Shown here one piece after another: positions 19,086-30,531 of a stretch of DNA of 62,087 bases. The stretch spans positions 1 through 62,087 of the forward strand of contig DATDYF010000040.1 in assembly GCA_035289105.1 (NCBI GenBank), written 5' to 3'. The notes below the pieces were generated by a model that saw nothing but the letters and a program-made list of their open reading frames with translations, had not been told where the DNA came from and did not search any database. The position numbers were made by a program, and so were the translations under genes. Source of the DNA: Candidatus Nanoarchaeia archaeon (GTDB lineage Archaea; Nanobdellota; Nanobdellia; Woesearchaeales; JACQSR01). Each line of letters begins with the position of its first letter. The first letter of the stretch is position 1.

Positions 19086-19161
19086 AAATCGGTCGCAAGC
19101 GTCCTACTCCACCCTAAAGGGCGGAGTTTGTTCGGACGCTTGCATCTATTGACCGATTTTT
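19084..19161. other. 78-nt three-tier hairpin (about 29 bp) between purB and purM
   Basis: AAAAATCGGTC/GACCGATTTTT (11 bp), GCAAGCGTCC/GGACGCTTGC (10 bp), ACTCCACCC-TAAA-GGGCGGAGT (8/9 bp). Confidence 0.6.
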
Positions 19162-19168
19162 AGGATGT

Positions 19169-19222
19169 TAGAGACGGGCCTGTATCTATGACCTAAAGGT
19201 CGAAGTGTTAGACCCGTCTCCA
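19169..19222. other. second hairpin with the same CC-TAAA-GG apical loop
   Basis: GAGACGGG/CCCGTCTC outer stem and GACC-TAAA-GGTC inner stem. Shares ATCTAT(T)GACC with the first hairpin. Confidence 0.5.
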
Positions 19223-19263
19223 ACATAATAATGTTTATAAGCCCCTAACCTTTGACTAAGTTT

Positions 19264-20355
19264 ATGAACCCAGACTACCAGAAAAGCGAGTCGAGCGCTG
19301 TAGGCGCAATAAAGAAGGCCATTCCAAGCAGTTTGAAGAGGGATATGGTTGAGTCTTCAAGAGGAATGTTCTGCGAGCTGTACAAAAATCCCCTGTTTCC
19401 AAACCATTTCTGCGCATGCGCAATTGACGGTGTGGGCACAAAACTTATTATTGCATCCGCACTGAAGAAGTTTGACACAATTGGCATCGACCTAGTTGCA
19501 ATGAACGCGAATGATATTGCTACACTCGGCCAGGTTAGCCCTTTTCTCTTCATGAATTACTTTGCCGCCCAGTCAGGAATGCATGCATTTGCCGGAGAGG
19601 TTATGAAAGGGATTGTAAAAGGATTGGAGCAGTGCGATGCATCTTCAATAATCAACAACAGCATTCACATCAATATAGGAAAAGGCGAAACAGCATCAAT
19701 CGAAGAGCTTCTTGGAGGCATAAAATCCGGCTTTGGATTTGACATTGCTGCATGCATGATAGGATTTATAGAAAAATCCAAAGTGCCCGGGCCCGTTTCT
19801 GCTGGCGACAAGATAATTGCCTTTCCAAGCTCAGGCCCGCATTCAAACGGCTACACGGACTTAAGGCTGGCACTGCTGAGGGGGGATTTTGAGGGAAGGC
19901 CTGAATTCAGGAGAAGGTACCGTGGGAGATTTAGCCTGGACTCTGATATCGGAGGAAAGACTATCGGAGAATGGCTTTTAGCCCCAACCAGGATTTATTT
20001 GAGGGACATGGCAAAAATAAGCTCGAAGTGCAGCGTAATGGGAATCAACAACACCGGCTACGGCTTAAAGAATTTTAACAGAATCAGGCAAAATGTTGAG
20101 TTTTACATTGACGACCCACTAGAGCCGCAGCCGATTTTCAAACTCATGCAGAAAGAGTCAAGGCTTAGTGACGGGGAGATGTACAAAAGATTCAACATGG
20201 GAATGGGCTTTTTTGCTGTCTGCAAGCCTGAGGATGCTGGCTTCGTATTAAAATCTGCCAAGGGAAGTAAGATTGTGGGGGGGGTAAGAAAGTCGCAATT
20301 CACTAGAACTGTACTTAAGCTAGGCAACAAAGAGATGGTGTTTAGCGGCTATTAA
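19264..20355 (+). CDS. purM: AIR synthase PurM
   Basis: AIDGVGTKL, DLVAMNANDI, GPHSNGY. ATG at 19264 (track TTG at 19252 also possible). Confidence 0.9.
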   Translation: MNPDYQKSESSAVGAIKKAIPSSLKRDMVESSRGMFCELYKNPLFPNHFCACAIDGVGTKLIIASALKKFDTIGIDLVAMNANDIATLGQVSPFLFMNYFAAQSGMHAFAGEVMKGIVKGLEQCDASSIINNSIHINIGKGETASIEELLGGIKSGFGFDIAACMIGFIEKSKVPGPVSAGDKIIAFPSSGPHSNGYTDLRLALLRGDFEGRPEFRRRYRGRFSLDSDIGGKTIGEWLLAPTRIYLRDMAKISSKCSVMGINNTGYGLKNFNRIRQNVEFYIDDPLEPQPIFKLMQKESRLSDGEMYKRFNMGMGFFAVCKPEDAGFVLKSAKGSKIVGGVRKSQFTRTVLKLGNKEMVFSGY

Positions 20356-21332
20356 TCCTGAAGCCCTATCACGAATCTGGAGATGTTCTTAATGGACGTT
20401 GTCATGCCGCTAAGGTTTTCTATTATGTGGACTGCGCTTGCATCATTGCACATTTTCAGGAAGCCGTTGCACCTTTCAATCCTTTCCTTATTTGAGACTT
20501 CTACAGAAAATGCGGCAGAAATATTTCCGATATAGTAAGATTTCATGACTTCGCCGTACTTATCCCTCATGTCCGAATATATTTCAGCAAGCTCTTTTTT
20601 GCATTTTTGGTTGAACTTTGCATCTATGCTGAATTTTGCAATCCTCTTCTGCCTGTCACCTATCTTTTCCAGCCTCAGTATAATGGCAGCCAGGCTATGA
20701 AGCTTCCAGGGGTCCATCATTAGTGAGCGCCCAAATGCAGGGTTTTTCAGGGCATTGCGGATAACGCGGTTTGAAAGGAAGTAAAGCCTGTTAATGTCCT
20801 CATCACGCTGGCGTATGTTCATGACAAGCGTTTTTTTCTTTTGCGGGTCATTTTCCATCAGGCATTTAATTCCATCATCAATCATCGAGCGCACGATTAT
20901 GTCCATCCTCCTTATTATAGTGGGGATATCTATCTCTTTTGGGTTTAAGATGTCCTTGGCAACCATCCTTGTGGAGGTCTGCTCCATAATCTCCAAGCCA
21001 GAGAGATTCCTCATGATTTCCTTTATTTCAGTCACCCTAGTTTCCATTTCGCCAATAAGAATCTCAATAAAATCGTAACCATTCAGGTAGGCGCTTACGA
21101 TTTCGGAGCTTATCAACGCAAGGCCCTTCTCTTTTGTGTCAATGACAATCTTTTTCTGCACGGGCTCCATCTCCTTTAACGATGGAGAAACCAAAATATC
21201 GCTGGAATTCTCAAGAAGATTCAATGTGTCCCCTTTTTTTAGCCTGTTTTCTATAACCCATTTTTTTGGAAGGCAAACTATAAAAGAAGATTTTCCAAAT
21301 TCCATCAACTTGCGCTGCTCCATCTTCCCCAC
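20352..21332 (-). CDS. phoU: AbrB/SpoVT-domain + PhoU-domain regulator
   Basis: N-terminal GKSSFIVCLPKKWVIENRLKKGDTL (AbrB-like swapped hairpin) followed by two PhoU-like helical repeats. Confidence 0.8.
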   Translation of the reverse strand: MGKMEQRKLMEFGKSSFIVCLPKKWVIENRLKKGDTLNLLENSSDILVSPSLKEMEPVQKKIVIDTKEKGLALISSEIVSAYLNGYDFIEILIGEMETRVTEIKEIMRNLSGLEIMEQTSTRMVAKDILNPKEIDIPTIIRRMDIIVRSMIDDGIKCLMENDPQKKKTLVMNIRQRDEDINRLYFLSNRVIRNALKNPAFGRSLMMDPWKLHSLAAIILRLEKIGDRQKRIAKFSIDAKFNQKCKKELAEIYSDMRDKYGEVMKSYYIGNISAAFSVEVSNKERIERCNGFLKMCNDASAVHIIENLSGMTTSIKNISRFVIGLQD

Positions 21333-21586
21333 CCCTTATATGCTTTCACACCCTATCTATATCCTATATATAGTATAGAGTAAAGATATATATATTTAAA
21401 TCTTCCTATTGATACATAAAAGTAAGGGGGTGTTATGAGAAGATGAAGAATATTCTTTTGTTCGATGAGGACCAATATGGGGACTTTTTAAAGAGATTCA
21501 ACTTTAATGACCCGATGGAAGAATTCATGGAAAAGTAGCAGTTTCTCGACGGAGAATGGATTGCTAATCCTAAGCAAAAGGTTTAA

Positions 21587-23518
<1,932 letters not shown>

Positions 23519-23526
23519 GGCAAATC

Positions 23527-23536
23527 TTTATAAATA
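23527..23536 (+). promoter_or_regulatory. TATA box (TTTATAAATA) for rps3ae
   Basis: Box centre is about 27 nt upstream of the ATG at 23558. Confidence 0.5.
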
Positions 23537-23557
23537 GCCCAGCTTTCTTTCCCGACC

Positions 23558-24211
23558 ATGCCAGAGCAAAAAACAGCGAAGATAAAGAAGAAAATTTGGT
23601 ACCAAATTATCGCGCCAAAGCTGTTCAATGAGCAGCCTCTTGGAGAGACTATTGTTTATGACCCGCAGGAGATGGTAGGCAAATCCCTTTCAGTAAACCT
23701 GATGGTCCTTACAAACGACATAAAGAAGCAGAACATAAATGTGACTTTCAAGGTTGACAAGCTTGAGGGCTCCAAAGGCAGGACATCGATGGTTGGCTAT
23801 GACATTGTGCCTTCATCCGTTAAGAGGCTCGTGCGCAGGAGCAGGGATAAGATTGATTTATCGTTTGTGTGCAAGACAGCTGACAATGCCCTGATAAGGG
23901 TTAAGCCGGTGCTTATCACCAAAGCAAACGCCAAGGGCTCTGTTTTGACAAAAATCAGGGTTAAATGCATAGAGCTGTGCACAAGGTCCATTGCAAAGCT
24001 TGATTACGAAAAGTTTTTGGAAGAGATACTATCTCACCACCTGCAGGAGAGCTTGATCGGCGACCTCAAAAAGATATATCCGCTGAAAACCCTTGAGATA
24101 AGATCGATGGAGATTGTACCAAGCGACAGGAAAGTCAGGGTTGAGAAGGTAAGGGAAGAGATAAAGGAGGCCCCGGCTGAACCTGCTGAGGAGGCTTCCG
24201 TAGCTGCTTAG
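23558..24211 (+). CDS. rps3ae: 30S ribosomal protein S3Ae (eS1)
   Basis: KKKIWYQIIAPKLFNEQPLGETIV N-terminus typical of S3Ae; 217 aa. Confidence 0.9.
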   Translation: MPEQKTAKIKKKIWYQIIAPKLFNEQPLGETIVYDPQEMVGKSLSVNLMVLTNDIKKQNINVTFKVDKLEGSKGRTSMVGYDIVPSSVKRLVRRSRDKIDLSFVCKTADNALIRVKPVLITKANAKGSVLTKIRVKCIELCTRSIAKLDYEKFLEEILSHHLQESLIGDLKKIYPLKTLEIRSMEIVPSDRKVRVEKVREEIKEAPAEPAEEASVAA

Positions 24212-24265
24212 ATGTTTCTGATACAAGAAATTTTATAAACCTGCCCATAAACTTTTTTATTCTTT

Positions 24266-24401
24266 GCCGCGATCGCATAACCTGGTATTGCGCAAGCCTG
24301 GAAACTTGCAAGGGCAAGTTAAGGTAGCTTGTTCCCGAAAGGGTGTCCCGGTTCAAACGGAAAACGGAGAGTCCGTTTCGTTGAAAATCCGGGTCGCGGC
24401 G
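24266..24401 (+). tRNA. tRNA-Ser(GGA), class II, two introns (37/38 about 22 nt; T-loop about 30 nt)
   Basis: Acceptor GCCGCGA/UCGCGGC+G. Anticodon stem CAAGC/GCUUG, loop CUGGAA|intron|A. Variable arm UUCCCGAAAGGGUGU. T-stem CCCGG/CCGGG encloses 37 nt instead of 7. T-tract follows. Confidence 0.75.
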
Positions 24402-24406
24402 GTTTT

Positions 24407-24805
24407 TTAATTCTTCTTTTTAATCAGCGAGGACTTGTAGATATGCTCCTTGTACGGGCCTATCCTCGCAATTTTTACATGCTGGGGGATGCTTTTTTTG
24501 AGCTCATCGGTTGGGAATTTCTGGTCGTAGCCCAAAGCTATGATATCTGGGGCGAATTCCGATACTGATTTGAGATAATTATCTTCCGAGCCCAGGATTG
24601 CCCTGTCAGCGATTTTTAATTTCATGATTTGATTAAGCCTTTCTGCTTCAGAATAATGTGGTTTTTTTCCCTTGACCTTCTCTATGGTCTTATCACGCGC
24701 AACTAACACAACAAGGCAATCGCCTAGCTTTTTCGCTTCCCTTAGAAAGTAAACATGGCCGGGGTGTATCACATCAAAACTGCCAAAGGCCATTACCTTT
24801 TTCAT
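24407..24805 (-). CDS. ribL: archaeal FAD synthase RibL-like cytidylyltransferase-fold protein
   Basis: Start MKKVMAFGSFDVIHPGHVYFL (HxGH-type), VVLVARD, ILGSED. 132 aa. The track start at 24892 would overlap eif2g. Confidence 0.75.
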   Translation of the reverse strand: MKKVMAFGSFDVIHPGHVYFLREAKKLGDCLVVLVARDKTIEKVKGKKPHYSEAERLNQIMKLKIADRAILGSEDNYLKSVSEFAPDIIALGYDQKFPTDELKKSIPQHVKIARIGPYKEHIYKSSLIKKKN

Positions 24806-24807
24806 CT

Positions 24808-26040
24808 TTACAATATTATCCCATAACCAATCAAACGGAACCTGTTGACTATCCTTCTGGAGATTGTAACACGCGCTCCCTTCTCGGCGCAAACCGGCAT
24901 CTTCAATTTGCAGGAAATCCTGTCTTTTTTAACTTCAGCAACCATTCCAACAGTGGCTGCAGAGTAAACATTCAGCATCAATGGCTCATTGATTTTAATC
25001 GGGTCCACAATGAGGTCTTCCTTCAAGCCAACAACACGCTTGAGCAAGTGCACTTCAAGGTCAAAGCTTTCCCACACGGGCGGCAATTTTCCAGGAAGGC
25101 CGGCAACAGAGCCTGTCAGCTTGTCGCTCTTTACAACGAAAGGGTCTAACGTAGTGAGAAGGCCTATAGAGCCTCCGGCTATTGCTTCCTCAACGTCAAA
25201 GCCGCCAGTCCTAATCGAGGTTATTTTTGTAAGTATCGGCTTTCTAATCTTCTGGTTTTTCTCTTCAAACTCAAAGCCAGGCCTTATCTCTATTTCGCTT
25301 CCATTTTTTAGCTTCCCCTGCTTGATTGCCCCTCCAAGGACTCCACCGGCTAAATTATTTATGTCAGCTCCGGGCTTGTTGATGTCGAAGCTTCTTGCCA
25401 CAAAAAACATCGGGTCTTTGTTCAAGTCGCGCTCCGGGGTTGGCAGTCGCTCTTCGATAGCCTGTATTAGGGGCCCAAGGCCAAGGCGGTGCTGGGCAGA
25501 GGTAGGGATTATTGGCGCATCATTAAACGCTGTGTCCTTGATGAGTTCCTTTATCTGCTCGTAGTTCCTTACTGCCCTCTCCTCGCTAACAAGGTCAACC
25601 TTGTTCTGGACAATGACGATATTTTTTACGCCAATGACCTCCAAAGCCATCAAATGTTCACGCGTTTGCGGCTGCGGGCATTCCTCATTTGCTGCTATCA
25701 GCAATAAAGCGCCGTCCATTATTGTAGCGCCGGAAAGCATTGTTGCCATCAGGGATTCATGCCCGGGGGCGTCAACAAAGCTTACCTTTCTTAAGAAGTC
25801 TGAAGGGGTGTCGCAATGCGTTTCGCTTGTTGTAAATTCCCCGCATTTCTGGCATTTTCTGAATACAACATCTGCGTAGCCAAGCCTTATTGTGATGCCC
25901 CTCTTAATTTCCTCGGAATGGGTATCTGTCCATTTTCCAGACAGGCGCTCAAGAAGGGTTGTTTTTCCGTGGTCGACATGGCCCACCATGCCGATGTTCA
26001 AAACGGGCTGAATGCCCTCTGCAGTTTTTTTCTTTGACAT
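24808..26040 (-). CDS. eif2g: translation initiation factor aIF-2 gamma
   Basis: GHVDHGKTTL, DAPGH, NKVD, zinc knuckle CQKCGEFTTSETHC. Confidence 0.95.
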   Translation of the reverse strand: MSKKKTAEGIQPVLNIGMVGHVDHGKTTLLERLSGKWTDTHSEEIKRGITIRLGYADVVFRKCQKCGEFTTSETHCDTPSDFLRKVSFVDAPGHESLMATMLSGATIMDGALLLIAANEECPQPQTREHLMALEVIGVKNIVIVQNKVDLVSEERAVRNYEQIKELIKDTAFNDAPIIPTSAQHRLGLGPLIQAIEERLPTPERDLNKDPMFFVARSFDINKPGADINNLAGGVLGGAIKQGKLKNGSEIEIRPGFEFEEKNQKIRKPILTKITSIRTGGFDVEEAIAGGSIGLLTTLDPFVVKSDKLTGSVAGLPGKLPPVWESFDLEVHLLKRVVGLKEDLIVDPIKINEPLMLNVYSAATVGMVAEVKKDRISCKLKMPVCAEKGARVTISRRIVNRFRLIGYGIIL

Positions 26041-26045
26041 GAGAA

Positions 26046-26429
26046 TTAAGCTGGCGCCTTTTGTTCAAAGAAATCAGCCAGCTTTTGTGAGCCCTTGACA
26101 ACCTTAAGGTTTACCTGCGTAATTGTTTCGTTTATCTTATGCCCGCAGACAGTCTTTCTTCTCCGCTCACCGGGAAGTCCGCCGCTAAAACCCACTCCGC
26201 CATATAATGTGATTTTTTTTCTTACTCCAAGAATGCCGTGCCTCATTGGAAATCCGCAGTTATCAGAGCCCCCTGTAATCTTCAGCTCAAAGCCCTGCAA
26301 TCCGACTAAGTCGCCTGAAATGGCCTCTCCAATATTTTTCCCAATAAGAAAATCGCTCTGTGGAGACTTCAACTCCTTTTGATACGATTTTCCCTCCTTG
26401 TCTGAAACCACAAGCTTAAAATCTGTCAT
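26046..26429 (-). CDS. rps6e: 30S ribosomal protein S6e
   Basis: ITGGSDNCGFPMRHGILG motif; 127 aa. Confidence 0.9.
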   Translation of the reverse strand: MTDFKLVVSDKEGKSYQKELKSPQSDFLIGKNIGEAISGDLVGLQGFELKITGGSDNCGFPMRHGILGVRKKITLYGGVGFSGGLPGERRRKTVCGHKINETITQVNLKVVKGSQKLADFFEQKAPA

Positions 26430-26483
26430 TATTTTTCCTCCTCTGTTCAGGAAAACCAGCGACCCTTTTTAAATCTTGTTCTC

Positions 26484-27536
26484 CTAAAGTTCCTTCAGGC
26501 ATTTCCTTACCCTCTTTAGGCCTTCCTCTATCTTGGAGGCGTCTAAAGCGTAGCTGAACCTTACCCTGTTTGGGGCGCCAAACCACTCACCGAGGTAGGT
26601 GATGGTTTTGTATTTCTTGAATAGCTTCCAGACAAATTTCCTTGGCTCTTTGATTTTAGGAAGCACGTAAAAAGCCCCCTCCGGCTTCCACAAATCCAGT
26701 CCTAATTCTGTAAGCCCGTTGTAAATGAGGTTGCGCCTTTCCTTCCATATTTTAAGCTGGGAAGAACTGTATTTCTTTGGAACCTTTGTTGCTTCATACG
26801 CCATTTCCTGGGCAAGAATGTTTGTATTCATTGAGGTGTATGTCTTTAGGTTTACTATGCGCTCCACAAAAGAAGGGTCATTTGAGTATAGGTAGCCAAC
26901 GCGGAAGCCGCACATTGAGAATGTTTTTGAAAATGAATTTATCGTCACAACGTGAGACCCCGAGAGCATATAATTCTCGCGCTCATAGATTAAATCTTTG
27001 TAAACTTCATCTGAAATCAGGGTTACATTAAGGTCCGTAGTTATCTTCTCTATCTCCTTTAGGGTTTTTATGTCCTGAATCCTGCCGGTAGGATTTGAAG
27101 GCGAGTTGATTAGGACAGCTTTGCACTCCCTAACTTTCTTGTCAAAATCTTCCAGCACAATCTTGCCCTCATGGGTTTCCGTAAATACTGGCGTAAGGAA
27201 CGCCTTTGCAACAAGATGCGGGTAAGTGTAATAATAAGGGGCGTGTATCAACACTTTGTCGCGAGGCTTCATCACCCTGAAGGATAAATCCAAGGCCTCG
27301 GAAGCACCATTGGTGATTACAAAATTGCTGGCCTTTGAGCCTTTATACCCCTTTGACAGTGCCTTTCTTAAGTTCTCCTGCCCCTGAACTAAGCCATACT
27401 TGAATGCCCTGTAGGTTGGCAGAATGCTGTAAACCTGCCTTGGCGGAGGCAAATCAGGCTGGCCTGAGCCAAAAGATATTATGCCTTTTCCCTGCACCCC
27501 AATAAACATCGAGGGGCTTGATAGTCTGTCTTCCAT
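26484..27536 (-). CDS. class I/II PLP-dependent aminotransferase
   Basis: NSPSNPTG and SFSKTFSMCGFRVGY (PLP-lysine) motifs. Confidence 0.85.
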   Translation of the reverse strand: MEDRLSSPSMFIGVQGKGIISFGSGQPDLPPPRQVYSILPTYRAFKYGLVQGQENLRKALSKGYKGSKASNFVITNGASEALDLSFRVMKPRDKVLIHAPYYYTYPHLVAKAFLTPVFTETHEGKIVLEDFDKKVRECKAVLINSPSNPTGRIQDIKTLKEIEKITTDLNVTLISDEVYKDLIYERENYMLSGSHVVTINSFSKTFSMCGFRVGYLYSNDPSFVERIVNLKTYTSMNTNILAQEMAYEATKVPKKYSSSQLKIWKERRNLIYNGLTELGLDLWKPEGAFYVLPKIKEPRKFVWKLFKKYKTITYLGEWFGAPNRVRFSYALDASKIEEGLKRVRKCLKEL

Positions 27537-27559
27537 TTTACTGACGAGGAACTGTTTAG

Positions 27560-28627
27560 TTAAATAGCTTTTCCTTTTTTCATGTGGATAACCCTTTGAG
27601 GATACGGAATTTCTATCTTATTCCTTGAGAAGGCTTTATACATAAGGGCGTTCGCGTCTGAAAGCGCCTTTCCGGAATTCTCATAGGAATCAATCCAGAA
27701 AAAGGCCTTGAAGTTTAATGCAAAGTCGCCCATAGCTTCAAACCTGATGAATGGCTCGGGTTCCTTTATGAAATGCTCCACTTTTTTTAATTCCGCAAGA
27801 ACAATTTTTTCCAGCTTTTCAATATTCGTGCCATAGGCGACTGAAAACGGCGCCACAACCCTAACGCTTGCATCGGGCTGGGCAAAGTTTACTATTTTAG
27901 ATTCGACTAGCTTGCCGTTGGGAACAATAACGATTTCGTTGTTATATGTCCTTACCTGAGTAGACCTCAAGCCAATATCATGGACTACGCCGATTGTTTC
28001 AGGGTCGATTTGAACTTTATCGCCGACCTTTATTGACTTGTCGACTATCAGCGAAATTCCGCCGAAAACGTTGCCAAGGGTGTTCTGCAAGGCAAATGCT
28101 ATTGCAATTCCTGCAATGCCAAGCGATGCAAGCAAAGGCCCTATCTCAACCCCAAAGCCGTCAAGGACCACAAGAACTGCAATTATGTAAAAAACAAATT
28201 TTGAAAAGCGGTGGAAGATTGAAAGCAGGTTCTCATCGATTCTTGACTTTGTTTTCTCTGCCCACTTTTTTAGCCAGTTGTCAATTAAAATGTCTACTAT
28301 AACGATGATTATCCTTGCGACAAGCAGGACTATTAATGCATACAGCGCCAGCTCCGAGTAATTGGTGATTTTCTCGCTGAGGCCAAGCGGTATTATGCCG
28401 AGCCTTAAACCGACCAAAAGCAGAATCAGGGACAATGGCCTGTTTGTATGCTCTATTATTAGGTCATCTATCTTAGTGGCTGTTTTCTTTGCCAGCTTCA
28501 AAAATAGCCTTTCTGCGACAAATACCAGAAGCTTGGAAATTGAGAAGAAAAGAACGAAGATTGCCAATGCCTGCAGCAGGGGGTAACCGGATAAATATGC
28601 AGAAACGAATGAGAATATCTCTGTCAT
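27560..28627 (-). CDS. small-conductance mechanosensitive channel (MscS family)
   Basis: Multi-TM N-terminus; pore helix/beta-domain block GIAIAFALQNTLGNVFGGISLIVDKSIKVGD. Confidence 0.85.
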   Translation of the reverse strand: MTEIFSFVSAYLSGYPLLQALAIFVLFFSISKLLVFVAERLFLKLAKKTATKIDDLIIEHTNRPLSLILLLVGLRLGIIPLGLSEKITNYSELALYALIVLLVARIIIVIVDILIDNWLKKWAEKTKSRIDENLLSIFHRFSKFVFYIIAVLVVLDGFGVEIGPLLASLGIAGIAIAFALQNTLGNVFGGISLIVDKSIKVGDKVQIDPETIGVVHDIGLRSTQVRTYNNEIVIVPNGKLVESKIVNFAQPDASVRVVAPFSVAYGTNIEKLEKIVLAELKKVEHFIKEPEPFIRFEAMGDFALNFKAFFWIDSYENSGKALSDANALMYKAFSRNKIEIPYPQRVIHMKKGKAI

Positions 28628-28630
28628 TTT

Positions 28631-29149
28631 TTAATTCTTTGTTACCTCCAAAATGCAAGAACACGGAATCTTGTGGCTGGCGCGCTTCATTGCTTCCTTT
28701 GCCATCTTTAGGTTTGGCTCGTCAACACATACCTCAAAAATAGTTTGCCCCTTCATTATTCTTGCAGCGTTTCCTATGGGCTTGCCGAATGACTTCTGCA
28801 TGCCTGTCGAGAATCTGTCTGCGCCTGCTCCAGTTGCAAGAGGGTTTTCCCTAAGTATGTGGAATGGGTAAACCCTGAGCCGCATAAAGTAAGAGGATGG
28901 TCCCAGCGGCTCTAAAAGCCTGTTGGAAGACATTCTTGCAGACTCCAACGAGTTATCGCGTATCTGAAGGGCGTTTCTCGCCTTCAGGGAGAGAGTGTAC
29001 TGGAATTTCTTATTTGCATCCCCCATATTGAAGCGCACAATCTTCTTTGCAGGATTGGCCTTTATGAAAGCCTTCTTCTTGTACTTTGAAATCCTTGTAT
29101 TGGGCCTTTCCAGCCTTCTGTAGGAGACTCCTTTTCTTATCCTTGCCAT
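28631..29149 (-). CDS. rpl10e: 50S ribosomal protein L10e (uL16)
   Basis: YRRLERPNTRISKY, RLRVYPFHILRENPLATGAGADR. Confidence 0.9.
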   Translation of the reverse strand: MARIRKGVSYRRLERPNTRISKYKKKAFIKANPAKKIVRFNMGDANKKFQYTLSLKARNALQIRDNSLESARMSSNRLLEPLGPSSYFMRLRVYPFHILRENPLATGAGADRFSTGMQKSFGKPIGNAARIMKGQTIFEVCVDEPNLKMAKEAMKRASHKIPCSCILEVTKN

Positions 29150-29174
29150 ATTACTGAGAATTTATGGTCTGTTT

Positions 29175-29861
29175 TTAAATGTTTCTAAGACCGGCAAATA
29201 GCGACAATAAAACTGCTGCTCCCATGATCAGGAACAAGGCGAGGAGCAGCGCAGGTATGATTATAACTGCAAGGAATGCTCTTCCGTAGGAGAATTTCTG
29301 GAATTTTGAGACGCCGACAATGCTTACTATTAGGATATGAACAAAAGAAACAAGCAATATTAGCAGGCTCAAGCCAAGTGACAAGGAAAACGCGCCTGTG
29401 AAGATTGCCAAGGGGTTTGCTTCCAATGAGCTGAGGTCAACCGGGTTGAAAATGTTTATCACGGCAAAGATTATATCCGAGAGAAAAGAATAAAACAGCC
29501 CTATAACTGAAGCATAGGTTATCGGCTTAAAGGTGTTGAAAAAGCCATTCCTGCCGCCAAAGATAAGCACCCCAAGGTGTATTATTGCGCCTATAATAAA
29601 GGGAGAGATAAAGGCCGAAATGATGATTAACAAAATCGTGAATATTATGAAAAAGGCCGAGCGAAACTCTCCCTGCAGGGAAGGAAGCGAGATTATGAGC
29701 CCTAATACAGACAATGAGACTGAAAAGAGAAAGTAAAACATCAATATCTGCCAATAGTTGCTCTCCTTTTCAACAGACTTAAAGAATGCGTTTGGGTGGA
29801 AAAAGAGGTTTTTTAGCTTGTTTGAGTATATGGAAACCTGACTTGCCTCTTTCTTTGCCAT
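29175..29861 (-). CDS. Yip1-like polytopic membrane protein
   Basis: 5 TM helices after a short cytosolic N-terminus (FFHPNAFFKSV...). Start MAKKEAS at 29861 preferred; the track start at 29939 is also possible. Confidence 0.5.
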   Translation of the reverse strand: MAKKEASQVSIYSNKLKNLFFHPNAFFKSVEKESNYWQILMFYFLFSVSLSVLGLIISLPSLQGEFRSAFFIIFTILLIIISAFISPFIIGAIIHLGVLIFGGRNGFFNTFKPITYASVIGLFYSFLSDIIFAVINIFNPVDLSSLEANPLAIFTGAFSLSLGLSLLILLVSFVHILIVSIVGVSKFQKFSYGRAFLAVIIIPALLLALFLIMGAAVLLSLFAGLRNI

Positions 29862-29971
29862 ATATGGCCATAGAATCAAAATTATAAAAAGCTTTGGTTT
29901 TCTCTGGAAGTTATCGAAATATTTATAAAGTGTAACCATAGAGATACGACTAAGTTCAAAGAGGCTTGATT

Positions 29972-30523
29972 ATGAAGGCAAAAAGAGGCTCATTAGACAT
30001 ATCGATAAATGCTATCATTGTTATTGTTCTTGCGTTTACGTTTCTTGCGCTGGCACTGACTTTTATTAAAGGGATTTTTGTAGACATACAAGTGCCAATC
30101 GAAGGTTCAATAGAGCAGGTTAAAACAGCTTTGCGCAATCAGCTTATTTCAACAGGAGATAGGTTGTCTATCGAACTTAATAGCTATACACTTCAGAAGA
30201 ATTCGGAAGATTTCATTGTATTTGCAGTAGCGAATAAAAAAGATGGTAAGTTGAATTACAGGATAGAGATTTCCGAGGTTGGCGAGCAAAGCCCCACAAG
30301 CAGCACTAGTGGCTCTGGCGGGATAAACCTCCCTTCCGGTGCTGGATTTCAGTGGGATTCTTCGAATCAGGTGCTCGAAGTCGTGGGAGAAGGTTCTGCA
30401 AAAGCAGATACCATTAAATATTTTAGCCCATCCGTTGGTGGCTCATACCAGTATAAAATAGTTATATGGGACATTGATGATGAGGAATACGCTTCAAAAA
30501 GCTTTTTTGTAAAGGTATCATGA
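29972..30523 (+). CDS. type IV pilin-like protein A (class III signal peptide)
   Basis: MKAKRG|SLDISINAIIVIVLAFTFLALAL: basic residues + G then a hydrophobic helix. C-terminus ...ASKSFFVKVS is shared with the next gene. Confidence 0.65.
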   Translation: MKAKRGSLDISINAIIVIVLAFTFLALALTFIKGIFVDIQVPIEGSIEQVKTALRNQLISTGDRLSIELNSYTLQKNSEDFIVFAVANKKDGKLNYRIEISEVGEQSPTSSTSGSGGINLPSGAGFQWDSSNQVLEVVGEGSAKADTIKYFSPSVGGSYQYKIVIWDIDDEEYASKSFFVKVS

Positions 30524-30531
30524 GGTGCAAA

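Noticed and set aside
19151-19160. 10-nt match GACCGATTTT between the purB-purM hairpin (19151-60) and the tRNA-Thr insert (58591-600).
   Set aside because: A single 10-mer match in 62 kb on two strands is within chance expectation once many comparisons are made, and there is no extended similarity around it.
21333-21420. TATATA-rich stretch (TATATCCTATATATAGTATAGAGTAAAGATATATATATTTAAAT).
   Set aside because: Best explained as AT-rich divergent promoter DNA for phoU (minus strand). There is no defined repeat unit or hairpin.
21443-21538. 31-codon acidic ORF (MKNILLFDEDQYGDFLKRFNFNDPMEEFMEK) with AGGGGG upstream, in the phoU-gyrB intergenic region.
   Set aside because: It is too short and has no recognisable family, so it cannot be supported without conservation or Ribo-seq data.
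24329-24568. 79-aa plus-strand ORF.
   Set aside because: It overlaps tRNA-Ser(GGA) and the ribL-like gene, and has no motif.
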